40,000 nucleotides of DNA from Vibrio ulleungensis (GCF_016900875.1 NZ_JAFEUM010000001.1:235241-275240); one strand, 5' to 3'; shown: positions 23,724 through 32,787, numbered from the stretch's first letter. Notes: generated from the letters alone by a model not told the origin. Translations and numbers: made by a program.

Positions 23724-24380
23724 ATGGAAAAAACAGAACAGTCGTACGAGCACATGGACTTTTCTAGGCAGGATTTAAATGGCAGCGTATTTTCAAAATG
23801 CACTTTTGTCCGCTGTAACTTTAGCCGCGCAAACTTAAGAGACGTTCAGTTTGTAGATTGCACCTTCCTCGAACAAGGCAATTTAGACGGCTGTGACTTT
23901 TCTTACGCTGATCTACGCGATGCATCGTTCAAGCGTTGTCGACTTTCTTTGGCCACATTTAATGGTGCCAACCGCTTTGGTATTGAGATGAGAGAGTGCG
24001 ATCTCAAAGGAGCTAGCTTTATACAAACCAGTTTCGTGAATCAGGTGTCCAACAAAATGTACTTTTGTTCGGCTTACATTACCGGCTGTAATTTGTCGTA
24101 CGCAAACTTCGAAAAGCAGGTGATTGAAAAGTGCGATCTATTCGAAAATAGATGGATTGGAGCCAATTTAAGTGGCGCATCGTTTAAAGAATCCGATCTG
24201 AGCCGCGGTGTTTTTTCTGAAGAGTGTTGGTCGCAGTTTACTGTGCGCGGATGCGATTTGAGTCACTCAGAGCTTTATGGCTTAGATCCAAGAAGGGTCG
24301 ATCTTACTGGGGTGAAGATTTGTGCATGGCAACAAGAGCAGTTGTTGGAGCCGTTAGGGCTTATTGTGGTACCTGATTGA
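23724..24380 (+). CDS. qnr: Qnr-family pentapeptide-repeat protein (218 aa)
   Basis: Length and sequence are collinear with QnrA-type proteins: FSRQDL, FSYADLRDASFKRCRLSLA, ECDLKGA, NKMYFCSAYITGCNLSYANF, GVKICAWQQEQLLEPLGLIVVPD. GAGGA RBS at 23712. Confidence 0.92.
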   Translation: MEKTEQSYEHMDFSRQDLNGSVFSKCTFVRCNFSRANLRDVQFVDCTFLEQGNLDGCDFSYADLRDASFKRCRLSLATFNGANRFGIEMRECDLKGASFIQTSFVNQVSNKMYFCSAYITGCNLSYANFEKQVIEKCDLFENRWIGANLSGASFKESDLSRGVFSEECWSQFTVRGCDLSHSELYGLDPRRVDLTGVKICAWQQEQLLEPLGLIVVPD

Positions 24381-24608
24381 TTGGCGTGCGGCTCAACGTA
24401 ACTACGTTGGAGAAGATCGACTTAGTGCATTGAAAAGACTTAAGCGAAAGGCTTCACAGAAAAGCGGCACCGAAGCGCCAGAGTCCACGTGTTCTCTGGG
24501 TAGTGGCTGGATAGTATTAATAGGGGTTGAGGCGTAACTCTGCTAAAATCAACGTCTCTCCAGTGATCGTTCTGATTATGCTGGGTTTACCTAAGACTAG
24601 GATCTATT

Positions 24609-25091
24609 TTGACCAATAATGATATTTTGCGTCGTGTACGTTACACCTTTGATTTTAAAGATAATGAAGTCATCGAAATCTTCGCTCTGGCCGATGTGAG
24701 CGTTAATGCCGAACAAGTGACCAGCTGGCTTAAGAAAGATGAAGATGATGCCTTTATTACGCTGACCGATACAGAATTGGCCACATTTTTAAATGGATTG
24801 ATTAATCTTAAGCGCGGAAAGCGCGATGGTGAACAACCAACGCCGGAAGATAAGTTAAATAACAATATGGTGTTCCAGAAGCTGCGTATTGCCCTTAACT
24901 TAAAGGCCGAAGATATTCTAGAGATCTTAGATTTGGTTGATTTTCGTTTGAGTAAACACGAGCTGAGCGCATTTTTCCGCAAGCCTGGTAATAAGCATTA
25001 TCGCGAATGCAAAGATCAAATCTTGCGTAATTTCTTATTGGGTGTTCAGCGCCAGCTGCGTCCCAACTCTGCCGAGATGGATTCAGAATAA
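24609..25091 (+). CDS. DUF1456 (YehS-like) protein (160 aa)
   Basis: MTNNDILRRVRYTFDFKDNEVIEIF and a second repeat MVFQKLRIALNLKAEDILEIL match the tandem DUF1456 pattern. TTG start. Confidence 0.8.
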   Translation: MTNNDILRRVRYTFDFKDNEVIEIFALADVSVNAEQVTSWLKKDEDDAFITLTDTELATFLNGLINLKRGKRDGEQPTPEDKLNNNMVFQKLRIALNLKAEDILEILDLVDFRLSKHELSAFFRKPGNKHYRECKDQILRNFLLGVQRQLRPNSAEMDSE

Positions 25092-25124
25092 ACCTGAATA
25101 TGCAGTAAATACTAAATGGTGAAT

Positions 25125-25162
25125 AAAACGCCCAAAGCAGTGTGCTTTGGGCGTTTTTGTTT
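25125..25162 (+). terminator. rho-independent terminator
   Basis: AAAACGCCCAAAGCA (25125-25139) pairs with TGCTTTGGGCGTTTT (25143-25157) around a 3-nt loop, followed by TTTTTGTTT. Confidence 0.85.
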
Positions 25163-25351
25163 GCGTTGGTTCGGCTTAGTCATACCAACCAAAGCAATTA
25201 ACTGGTCATTCTTGCTTGTTAAAATAGCTAATAGCTGCGTTAAAGATTTTGTAGGTAGAACAACTATCTACGGCAATCTTTGCCTTGCTCTTAGCGATTT
25301 TACCGGCGCAATTTTCTGTCCAGTCAATTACTTCGATTGGTGTAAATAGCG

Positions 25352-25819
25352 CTATGAGTGGCTAGTAGGGCGGCTGTTGCTCATTAATTTGTCTAATGTC
25401 TTTTGAGCTTTTGTTGGGTTATTTAGGTCTACAACCTCAATCATTTCACACTCATCACGCACCATTTCGTCAATCAAACTTGGGTAGTGGCGACAATCTT
25501 CTGGCCTGTCGAGGTAGATGCTGCAGGTGTATTTGTCTTTTTCGTCTGGCCGAGCTTTAGCAGCAAGCTCTAAGAATGGGCAGCGGCGCAGAGGCTCTTT
25601 GGTGTTAGGGTCGTGCCAAATTTTACCGTTGTGGACATAGTCAAAAATATCGGGGTTAAACAGCTCCCAAAGGTCAATTTCTTCCTGTGTGGCTGCGAGA
25701 TCGCCGTCGCCATATTTAATGCAGCATTTACCGCACTGGTTACACTCTTTCATGGCCTCAATTAGGGTTAGGGAGAGTGGGACGAGTGTATCACCGAACA
25801 CTCGGATCCGTTTCATCAT
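25352..25819 (-). CDS. YkgJ-family cysteine-cluster protein (155 aa)
   Basis: CNQCGKCCIKYG (CxxCxxCC), RRCPFL and CSIYLDRPEDCRHYP. It is the second paralogue of this family in the window and the downstream gene of a reversed pair. Confidence 0.75.
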   Translation of the reverse strand: MMKRIRVFGDTLVPLSLTLIEAMKECNQCGKCCIKYGDGDLAATQEEIDLWELFNPDIFDYVHNGKIWHDPNTKEPLRRCPFLELAAKARPDEKDKYTCSIYLDRPEDCRHYPSLIDEMVRDECEMIEVVDLNNPTKAQKTLDKLMSNSRPTSHS

Positions 25820-25852
25820 AATTTCAACGAGAGTGAAAGCCGCTTACAGGCG

Positions 25853-26245
25853 TTACTTATAATGCTCAGGCAAATAAGCATGACCTTGCAGATCAGATAA
25901 GTAGTTCAGAGCGTCTATAACCCGAATCGGTGTGAGCAACGTGTCTTTATCACAGCTATCTAGTTCAAACGATAAATAGAGTTGGTTTGCTTCGAGTTTG
26001 AGAAACAGATTTCCTTGTGGCGCTCTTTCTTGCTCAAGTGCAAACACCCCGATGGCCAGAAAGTGTGAGCTGCTTTTGTTTGCGGTGGCGTAGATATCGC
26101 TTTTGAGCTTATGCGCGAGTGATAAAAAATCGAGCAACAAGTTGATTTGTTCATCCGAGACGTCATCAAGGGCCGTTATATGAGGCTGTTTGCAGTAACG
26201 CTCTAAATAGACCATCATTTCTTCAATTTCATTATCAAATAGCAT
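25853..26245 (-). CDS. hypothetical acidic protein (130 aa), upstream gene of reversed pair
   Basis: ORF track entry, 33 nt upstream of the YkgJ-like gene on the same strand. No family recognised. Confidence 0.55.
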   Translation of the reverse strand: MLFDNEIEEMMVYLERYCKQPHITALDDVSDEQINLLLDFLSLAHKLKSDIYATANKSSSHFLAIGVFALEQERAPQGNLFLKLEANQLYLSFELDSCDKDTLLTPIRVIDALNYLSDLQGHAYLPEHYK

Positions 26246-26395
26246 ATTTCGATTGCCTAGCCACGGGCTGTTGATGTCTTGGTTAGCGATTGTGCCTGTT
26301 GGGGAGTGACATCACAAGCGCTTAGAGTGGAAGTGAAGTGTTTACTGTTACTGTCGGTGTGGTGGGCAAATTAACATAGTTCAATTTAGGAGAAA

Positions 26396-26815
26396 ATGGA
26401 CATCGAATCGATAAATAGACGGCCCATAGGACTAGAAGAGCTAGTTCGTGAAAGCGAGTTAGAAGGCTTTCGTTTTTTAACTCGACTAAGCAATGAGTTA
26501 GACAGTAACGGTAAAGCTTTTGATCAACAGGGCGAAACGCTGATGGTGGTTCGAGATGCCGATCGCCTAATAGCGATTGGTGGCATTAGCAATTACGATG
26601 GCGTTGCCCGTTTGCGTCGCTTTTATGTGAAAAAAGCGTATCGCAAGTCAGGCGTAGGGACATTACTGCTGCAAAATTTAGAAATGTTTGCGTCTCAATA
26701 CTTTTCTCGTATTACCTTATTTACTGACACAGCGAGCGCGAGTAAATTTTATGAAGCGCGAGGCTACACTCCGGCTGCGGAATCTCGAGTGAGTCATCAA
26801 AAAATTATTAAGTGA
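26396..26815 (+). CDS. GNAT-family N-acetyltransferase (139 aa)
   Basis: LRRFYVKKAYRKSGVGTLLLQNLEMFA...ASKFYEARGY. Confidence 0.8.
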   Translation: MDIESINRRPIGLEELVRESELEGFRFLTRLSNELDSNGKAFDQQGETLMVVRDADRLIAIGGISNYDGVARLRRFYVKKAYRKSGVGTLLLQNLEMFASQYFSRITLFTDTASASKFYEARGYTPAAESRVSHQKIIK

Positions 26816-26899
26816 ATAGGGCGTATCATGTAAGCCTAAACGTTAATGTATGAAAATGTTTGGCAGGGCGCGTCAGCAATAAAGAAGCAAGGAAAACCG

Positions 26900-27244
26900 A
26901 TGACCAGTATTTCAGATCAGCTGTTTCGTTCATTAGGCACTCACGCACTAAAAGAGCTTTCAATGTCGTCAAACTCTATTGCGTTGGTCGTTGCGCCATG
27001 GAGTGACCTTGAAAATGAAGCTACTGCGGTGTTCGATGACGTGCAGGTTGAGTATTTTGATACCATTTTCGATTCGACAGCAGACAGCACCGATTTAGCC
27101 CTGCCTTGGGACATCATTCGATTTGATGTGAGCGATCGCGGCAATGATAGGTGGCAATTTGGCTTGTGTTGCAGCGACGTTCATTTGGGCTTTTCTGCAA
27201 ATGCACCCAAAATTACCTTCGTTAAGCCATCGAGTCATCTGTAG
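26900..27244 (+). CDS. hypothetical protein (114 aa)
   Basis: ATG at 26900 preceded by AAGGAAAA. No family recognised. Confidence 0.5.
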   Translation: MTSISDQLFRSLGTHALKELSMSSNSIALVVAPWSDLENEATAVFDDVQVEYFDTIFDSTADSTDLALPWDIIRFDVSDRGNDRWQFGLCCSDVHLGFSANAPKITFVKPSSHL

Positions 27245-27340
27245 GTAGTTGTCAAAGTTCGAGCTCGTAAAAGGTTTTAAATTGCGATGCTTATAAAGAG
27301 ATGATTTTAAGCAGTTGGTTATAAAGAAACGGAAGGGAAA

Positions 27341-27799
27341 ATGTACAAAATAGTCAATGTGCATCAGTACGCTAAGGGCTTTGCTGAGTGTGCACAGTAT
27401 ATTCACTCTAAGTGGGGATCTGAGGATAACTACGCTTATTTTGAAGATGCAATGCGCCATTCGGACAGACACGAACAGTCGGTACCTCAGTTTTATGTGC
27501 TTGTGCATGACGAGCGCATTGTAGGGTGCTTTGGGGTGATCATTAATGACTTCATTAGCCGTCACGACCTCTACCCATGGCTAAGTTCGGTGTTTGTTGA
27601 ACCCGAGCATCGCGGGCAAAGACTGAGTCAAACGATGTTTGATCATGCGTATCGTGTGGTCAAAAAAATGGGGTATTCGACGTTGTATCTCACTACAGAT
27701 CATGACGGTCTTTATGAAAAGTTTGGTTGGCAACGAATCGAAGATGGCTTTGAACCTTCGGGAGAGAAGACTCGAATTTACTGTAAAGAGATTGCTTAG
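27341..27799 (+). CDS. GNAT-family N-acetyltransferase (152 aa)
   Basis: VFVEPEHRGQRLSQTMFDHAYRVVKKMGYSTLYLTT...YEKFGW. Confidence 0.8.
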   Translation: MYKIVNVHQYAKGFAECAQYIHSKWGSEDNYAYFEDAMRHSDRHEQSVPQFYVLVHDERIVGCFGVIINDFISRHDLYPWLSSVFVEPEHRGQRLSQTMFDHAYRVVKKMGYSTLYLTTDHDGLYEKFGWQRIEDGFEPSGEKTRIYCKEIA

Positions 27800-27807
27800 G
27801 TTTATTA

Positions 27808-27878
27808 GCTAGTTACAAGGGTTATTGGGAATCCTTATTACCGCTGTGATCCTTGCGTACTCAATAACCGCGTTAAGC
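27808..27878 (+). repeat. attC-like hairpin element with near-intact cores (71 bp)
   Basis: The left arm AGCTAGTTACAAGGGTTATTGGGAATCC and right arm GATCCTTGCGTACTCAATAACCGCGTTAAGC are complementary (GGTTATTG pairs with CAATAACC). The R' GCGTTAAGC is like that of attC 9. The R'' reads TTAC instead of TAAC. Confidence 0.45.
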
Positions 27879-27918
27879 AAAAACGCATTGAACAAAAATG
27901 CCACCAAGGATAGATGTA

Positions 27919-28701
27919 ATGGAGTCTAAAGACCTTTCTCAAATGGGCAGAGCATCGGTTAAACTGGCCGAGCATGAAGGACGGCCTTGCGTCATAAAAA
28001 ATAACGCAGCCATTACGGAGGTTGCTTTCTATAAGCATACAGCGCCACGACTGAATGAGGTTGGTGTGGTCGTTCCCGAAGTTTATGAGATAAATGGAAA
28101 TACCCTAGTACTTGAGTATGTACCTCATGCCGTTTCTGTTGACGAGCTTTCTCGCTCTCCCCAAACCTTCGCTCAGCTTGCAGCAATACACGAATATAGC
28201 GAGCCAGCTACTCATAATATGCATTGCCATCATTGGCCGCTTAACGCGTCTTTGCGTGCCTTAGCATCGCTTAATCTCCCACAAGAATCACTGGATGCTT
28301 TTGAGCATATTTTCGCCGCGAAACACCTACTTTTTAATCACCAATCGGCTATTTCCGGTGACAGCAATGCTGGTAACTGGGCACGTAGGGCCAATGGGCA
28401 ATATGTGCAGTTTGATTGGGAGAGATTTGGTTATGGCTGTCCAACCATCGATCTAGCACCCTTGGTTAAAGGTATGGGCACATTGGACGATTTTGAACGA
28501 GTGATCGCTCATTACGCTAGGTTTGGCCACGCTAATTTACCTGCTAATCCACTGCGCAATCTTATCGTGGCTAAAACGTGGATCGTGGTTGAAGTTATTA
28601 ACCTGCTCGAGTTACGAAATAAACCTCAAAAAAACACCTATATAGAGTGGTACAACAAGGTACTACCTAGCTGGTTAAACAAAATGGCTCACGCTTTATA
28701 G
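27919..28701 (+). CDS. APH/choline-kinase-fold phosphotransferase (260 aa)
   Basis: ISGDSNAGNW (Brenner-type xGDxxxxN) followed by VQFDWERFGYG (DxE/DFG-like). Start at the ATG at 27919, 8 nt after AAGGA. Confidence 0.7.
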   Translation: MESKDLSQMGRASVKLAEHEGRPCVIKNNAAITEVAFYKHTAPRLNEVGVVVPEVYEINGNTLVLEYVPHAVSVDELSRSPQTFAQLAAIHEYSEPATHNMHCHHWPLNASLRALASLNLPQESLDAFEHIFAAKHLLFNHQSAISGDSNAGNWARRANGQYVQFDWERFGYGCPTIDLAPLVKGMGTLDDFERVIAHYARFGHANLPANPLRNLIVAKTWIVVEVINLLELRNKPQKNTYIEWYNKVLPSWLNKMAHAL

Positions 28702-28794
28702 CGTCCGAATCGTGGTTCACGCGATGAAGTGGGTTGAGTCGGCCACTGGACTTGTCTAGAATGCGGGCTCACTCTACAAATTTAGGTCAAAACA

Positions 28795-29043
28795 ATGAGC
28801 GACTCTAACACTAAGCCAGCACTTCCAGATCACCTATCAGGTAACCCACGCAGCCCTCACCACGTGGCAGAATGCTTTGAACATCCAATCGGTATTCGTC
28901 TTGATGGTAAAGAGCGTACAGACGTGGAAGAGTACTGCATCAGTGAAGGTTGGGTGAAGATCCCTTCACCAAAAGCGAAAGACCGTTGGGGTCAACCAAT
29001 GTTGATCAAACTAAAAGGTGCTGTTGAGGCTTATTACAAGTAA
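28795..29043 (+). CDS. DUF3297-like protein (82 aa)
   Basis: PRSPHHVAECFEHPIGIRLDGKERTDVEEYCISEGWVKI...LIKLKGAVEAYYK matches my recollection of DUF3297. Confidence 0.7.
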   Translation: MSDSNTKPALPDHLSGNPRSPHHVAECFEHPIGIRLDGKERTDVEEYCISEGWVKIPSPKAKDRWGQPMLIKLKGAVEAYYK

Positions 29044-29065
29044 GCCACTCACCAACAAAGTGATA

Positions 29066-29103
29066 CGAGATAGAGCGCGCTTCGCTCTGTCTCGACACTT
29101 TTT
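29066..29103 (+). terminator. rho-independent terminator (candidate)
   Basis: CGAGATAGAGCG (29066-29077) pairs with CGCTCTGTCTCG (29083-29094) with one wobble, then ACACTTTTT. Confidence 0.6.
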
Positions 29104-29180
29104 AGCTTCTCATTATTAATGACAACACTCGTTCTTTGAGGTGTTTTTTACTACCCTGCAATCAAGTTGCGATTATTGCT

Positions 29181-29687
29181 TTAGGCTGCGGTTAGCCGCT
29201 CTAACGTGTTGTCAGTAGGCAGTGCGTCGCCAATGACTTCCCCTGATGCTGTATAACAAGCCAGTCCACTCATCACTTTTTCAAACGCGCCTTTCATTAT
29301 CGGCCGCATCACAAAATGCCCTAGTAACCACCCTAATGGTCCCGCTTTTACCAAGAAATCGGTCGACATTGTGATTTCGCAAGACGTATCACTTAATGGG
29401 ATAACCGAAATGTCTGAATACATATATTTTAGCGGGAACGAATAGTCCGACAGCTCCATGCGATAGCCCTCTCCATCGTTGTACTCGATGATCGTTTCGA
29501 TCAAGCTCGAACCGTCCGCAAATCTGCACTGACGCTGTGCGCCAAGCCCTGTGTGAGTTTCGCCGATGATCGATGACGATTGAATGGTTGGCGCGTAATG
29601 TTCAATTCCACCAAAGTCGTCGAGTATTTTCCAAACTGCCGAAGCCGAAAGGTTGAATGTCATGGCTTTCTCAATGTGCTGTTTCAT
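29181..29687 (-). CDS. SRPBCC (START/polyketide-cyclase-like) protein (168 aa)
   Basis: FNLSASAVWKILDDFGGIEHYAPTIQSS...CEITMSTDFLVKAGPLGWLLG pattern. It lies downstream of the TetR gene on the same strand. Confidence 0.75.
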   Translation of the reverse strand: MKQHIEKAMTFNLSASAVWKILDDFGGIEHYAPTIQSSSIIGETHTGLGAQRQCRFADGSSLIETIIEYNDGEGYRMELSDYSFPLKYMYSDISVIPLSDTSCEITMSTDFLVKAGPLGWLLGHFVMRPIMKGAFEKVMSGLACYTASGEVIGDALPTDNTLERLTAA

Positions 29688-29735
29688 AGGTAAATCCTTT
29701 TTTGCCAGCGAGTGTCAAACAGTAGACAGTACGAC

Positions 29736-30383
29736 TTAGCCTACGCGTAGCCCTTTAACAATGATGCAAATAGAGTTAAAGAGGTCGTTGTTAAAATCGG
29801 GTTTTAGCATTTTGAATTCATCCAAGGCATAGACACTGTCTAAGACCGCATTGCGCGTGGCCCCTGCCCAATAATTGGATGTGGCTGCAAAGCTTAGAGA
29901 TAAGAATTGAAAAGCCTTGTCACCCTGTATGTCGGGATAAATTCGCGCTATGTCGAGTGTGAGCATGTAAAGCAGCTCTTTCGAACGACGCTTAAAGACG
30001 GTTAACTGTTCAAGTGAACTGTTGCGCTCTAAAGCAGTGAACAGCAGTGGAATGAGGTCTAAAAACTCGGGGTGAGCGAGATAGGCGTCCACCCAAAGTT
30101 GGGAAAATGTTTCTGTGGGAGAGTCGACCTCTAGTTTTTGTAAACGTGTTTGGGTGTCCGAAAACCAAACTTCAAACAGATCTTGAAATATGCCCAAAAA
30201 AATCTCTTCTTTAGAGCTGAAATAGCGGTACATATTTGATTTGGTAAATCCGGCTTGAGCAGCGATACCGTTAAAGCTAACGCCATCGTACCCATGAGCC
30301 TTAAACAGTGTGTAGGCAGCGTCGTAAATCGCAGCTTTTCTTTCATTCCGCTTGTCGTCTGTTCTTGCTCGTTTCCAACTCAT
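29736..30383 (-). CDS. TetR/AcrR-family transcriptional regulator (215 aa)
   Basis: N-terminal HTH RKAAIYDAAYTLFKAHGYDGVSFNGIAAQAGFTKSNMYRYFSSKEEIF. Confidence 0.9.
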   Translation of the reverse strand: MSWKRARTDDKRNERKAAIYDAAYTLFKAHGYDGVSFNGIAAQAGFTKSNMYRYFSSKEEIFLGIFQDLFEVWFSDTQTRLQKLEVDSPTETFSQLWVDAYLAHPEFLDLIPLLFTALERNSSLEQLTVFKRRSKELLYMLTLDIARIYPDIQGDKAFQFLSLSFAATSNYWAGATRNAVLDSVYALDEFKMLKPDFNNDLFNSICIIVKGLRVG

Positions 30384-30400
30384 ACCGTTAAGTGCCCACT

Positions 30401-30442
30401 GGTCTCTTATTGGCTTAAAGATTAAGAGACCGATGGTCTCTT
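30401..30442. promoter_or_regulatory. candidate TetR operator: three GGTCTCTT half-sites
   Basis: GGTCTCTTA (30401-30409), TAAGAGACC (30423-30431) and GGTCTCTT (30435-30442). The last two form a perfect 8-bp palindrome with a 3-nt spacer. The sites lie 18-60 nt upstream of the tetR start. Confidence 0.6.
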
Positions 30443-30717
30443 GTCAAGGAAAGGTACAAACTTTAGACAATAAACTTTGTGGTGCTGTCTATAAAGCCAT
30501 ATTAATCATTAGCTTAAGCATGGGCGATGGGTGGAGATATAATTTGAGCCTTGTTTCGTAAAGATTATTGAGAGAAGATCATCCTTCGCGGCTAAGTGTT
30601 TCATTGGCGAGTAACCTGCACGGCTCTAGGCAAAATACTTGAAAACTGATGCTTATCCGTACGGCAAGGACGCTGCAAAAAGTACCGCAATGGCGATGAT
30701 GGAATAGGAATGGAACG

Positions 30718-31218
30718 ATGCGAGATATCCCTTGTTTTAGTTGCAAAGGTTTATACCCAGATAGGGACGGGCCTACGCACGCCTATATGAGTTCATCGCC
30801 AGGTTGCTGGGCCGTTTACGGTGATGTATTGGCGAAAGAATACAGTGATAGACAATACTTTGATGTGCATCGGTTAACGGTCGATGCCTATGCTGTGCAG
30901 CATCCGGGCGGGCAGGATAGACAAAGTGTCCAGTCGGTTGGCGTACACCTAATTAGGCTGTGCTTGTTCCTAGAGCACAATCTAACCCCCGAGCAAGCAA
31001 ACGCGGCGATGTTGGAAGCGGGAAAAAACAAACACAGTTTTACCTACTTAGTACCACCGGCCAATCTGGGCGACATTACGGCCGCGGATGTGGCTAAAGC
31101 AACGTCCCCTAGTGAGCATAAACAGCGCGTAATAGCGTGGGCAAAGTGTGTTTGGCAGGCATGGAGTGAGCATCATTCAACCATTAGACAGTGGTTGCCA
31201 GAAAAATACGCCAGGTAG
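30718..31218 (+). CDS. conserved hypothetical protein (166 aa)
   Basis: ORF track entry with an N-terminal CFSC motif. Family not confidently recognised. Confidence 0.6.
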   Translation: MRDIPCFSCKGLYPDRDGPTHAYMSSSPGCWAVYGDVLAKEYSDRQYFDVHRLTVDAYAVQHPGGQDRQSVQSVGVHLIRLCLFLEHNLTPEQANAAMLEAGKNKHSFTYLVPPANLGDITAADVAKATSPSEHKQRVIAWAKCVWQAWSEHHSTIRQWLPEKYAR

Positions 31219-31303
31219 TTTCACAAGTAGACAGTCCATTTGCCTGTGTGCTGAGCAAACATGGTGTGGTGCTAAAACGGGTAAACGCAATCGGAGATAT
31301 TTT

Positions 31304-31327
31304 CACAAGGCCACAAGGCCACAAGGC
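31304..31327. repeat. perfect 8-bp tandem repeat x3 (CACAAGGC)
   Basis: CACAAGGCCACAAGGCCACAAGGC read directly, 37 nt upstream of the ATG at 31364. Confidence 0.9.
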
Positions 31328-31363
31328 TTGTGTACACTCACTATTTAATCTGGGGAAATCCTA

Positions 31364-31777
31364 ATGTCTGATCCTATTTCACAACACATCGGCAGCATTG
31401 CGCTGGTGGTCGAAGATTATGATGACGCTATCGAGTTCTATACGCAAAAACTGGCGTTTACCTTGGTGGAGGATACCGATCTTGGTGACGGAAAACGTTG
31501 GGTACTCGTCTCCCCTCCAAACTCCAATGGCACCCACTTGTTGCTGGCCAAAGCGAGTAATACTGCGCAGGCTAATGCAGTAGGAAACCAAACCGGCGGG
31601 CGTGTATTTTTGTTTTTGCACACCAACGACTTTTGGCGAGATTATCGTCAAATGGAAGCCAATGGCGTGGTGTTTAATGAAGAGCCAAGGGTTGAACCTT
31701 ATGGAACCGTTGTGGTTTTTCAGGATCTCTATGGAACCAAATGGGATCTGCTACAACTCAACTCAGCCTCTAATTAG
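31364..31777 (+). CDS. VOC/glyoxalase-family protein (137 aa)
   Basis: IGSIALVVEDYDDAIEFYTQKLAFTLVED...RVFLFLHTNDFWRDY...VVFQDLYGTKWDLL. Confidence 0.85.
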   Translation: MSDPISQHIGSIALVVEDYDDAIEFYTQKLAFTLVEDTDLGDGKRWVLVSPPNSNGTHLLLAKASNTAQANAVGNQTGGRVFLFLHTNDFWRDYRQMEANGVVFNEEPRVEPYGTVVVFQDLYGTKWDLLQLNSASN

Positions 31778-31944
31778 CTGCCTATCCTCCTATGTTATGC
31801 GTTGAAAATATTCAGTGCTTTAAAGTACCGAAAAGCGCTTCTGTTGGCATTTAAACAGCGCCTTTTAGATTCATCGTCTATGGTTTAAGTCGAGACTTTA
31901 CTTCAGTGTTTAACGTCAGGTTAACTCAACAAGCGGGAGACGAT

Positions 31945-32325
31945 ATGGCAAGAATAATGACATTGTGCATGGTAGTTTTGCTATCCTTTGGGTGTGGTAC
32001 TAGCGATACCGCGTTGAGGGAAGGTGGCCATGGCGACTCGTACATTATGGGGTTTCACGATGGTCGTCATAGTGGCATGCAGGAAACGGGTAATCACTAC
32101 GAGCAATTTATCAAAGATGAGCAGCGCTTTGCTACCGACCAAGAGTATCAGCAAGGTTGGTTGGCTGGGGAAGCTGAAGGTAAAAAGCTTCAATCTCAAG
32201 CGGCTACAGTAGGTCAAGGCTTAGCCAGCGGTTACTCAGCTCACAGTGCTACGCAAAGCACAGACGATGTTGCCAAAGAAGCGGTTAAAGGCGTGGATAC
32301 TTCAGGCTTAGAGGCGTTGGAGTAG
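31945..32325 (+). CDS. probable lipoprotein/secreted protein (126 aa)
   Basis: MARIMTLCMVVLLSFGCGTSD has a signal peptide with an imperfect lipobox. ATG at 31945 after GGGAGA. Confidence 0.6.
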   Translation: MARIMTLCMVVLLSFGCGTSDTALREGGHGDSYIMGFHDGRHSGMQETGNHYEQFIKDEQRFATDQEYQQGWLAGEAEGKKLQSQAATVGQGLASGYSAHSATQSTDDVAKEAVKGVDTSGLEALE

Positions 32326-32406
32326 GACACCACTTCAGTGATGTAGCGTTTTAGTGTCTGTCCGATTTAAGGCTCTGCCTCGTACTCAGCTAGCACAGGA
32401 TTTTAT

Positions 32407-32787
32407 ATGAAAGTGACTATCAGCATCGATGTATCCAATCTAGACATAGCCGAAACGTTCTATGTTCAAGCACTAGGATGCACTCTGACTCGACCGCAAA
32501 AAAACGGCATGAGCGTCGTCTCGGTCGAAAACTGCGCGATCTACTTACAGCTTAAAGGCGAGGGCAGTAAGGCAACGCCTAGCGGTGATATTGCGCGAAA
32601 TTACCAACGTCATTGGACGCCGGTTCATTTGGACTTTCTTACCGAAGACGTCGACAGTGTGGTTAAAAAAATTCTGCAGCTGGGTGGGCAACACGAAGGT
32701 GGCGAACGCGGTGACTGGGGCGCTATTGCTTACTGCGTCGATCCTTTTGGCAACGGGTTTTGTGTGCTGCATGAAAAACTAGTGTGA
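32407..32787 (+). CDS. VOC/glyoxalase-family protein (126 aa)
   Basis: KVTISIDVSNLDIAETFYVQALGCTL...VHLDFLTEDVD...AIAYCVDPFGNGFCV. Confidence 0.8.
   Translation: MKVTISIDVSNLDIAETFYVQALGCTLTRPQKNGMSVVSVENCAIYLQLKGEGSKATPSGDIARNYQRHWTPVHLDFLTEDVDSVVKKILQLGGQHEGGERGDWGAIAYCVDPFGNGFCVLHEKLV

Noticed and set aside
25116-25349. Plus-strand ORF of 77 aa.
   Set aside because: It reads straight through a strong rho-independent terminator hairpin and has no RBS.
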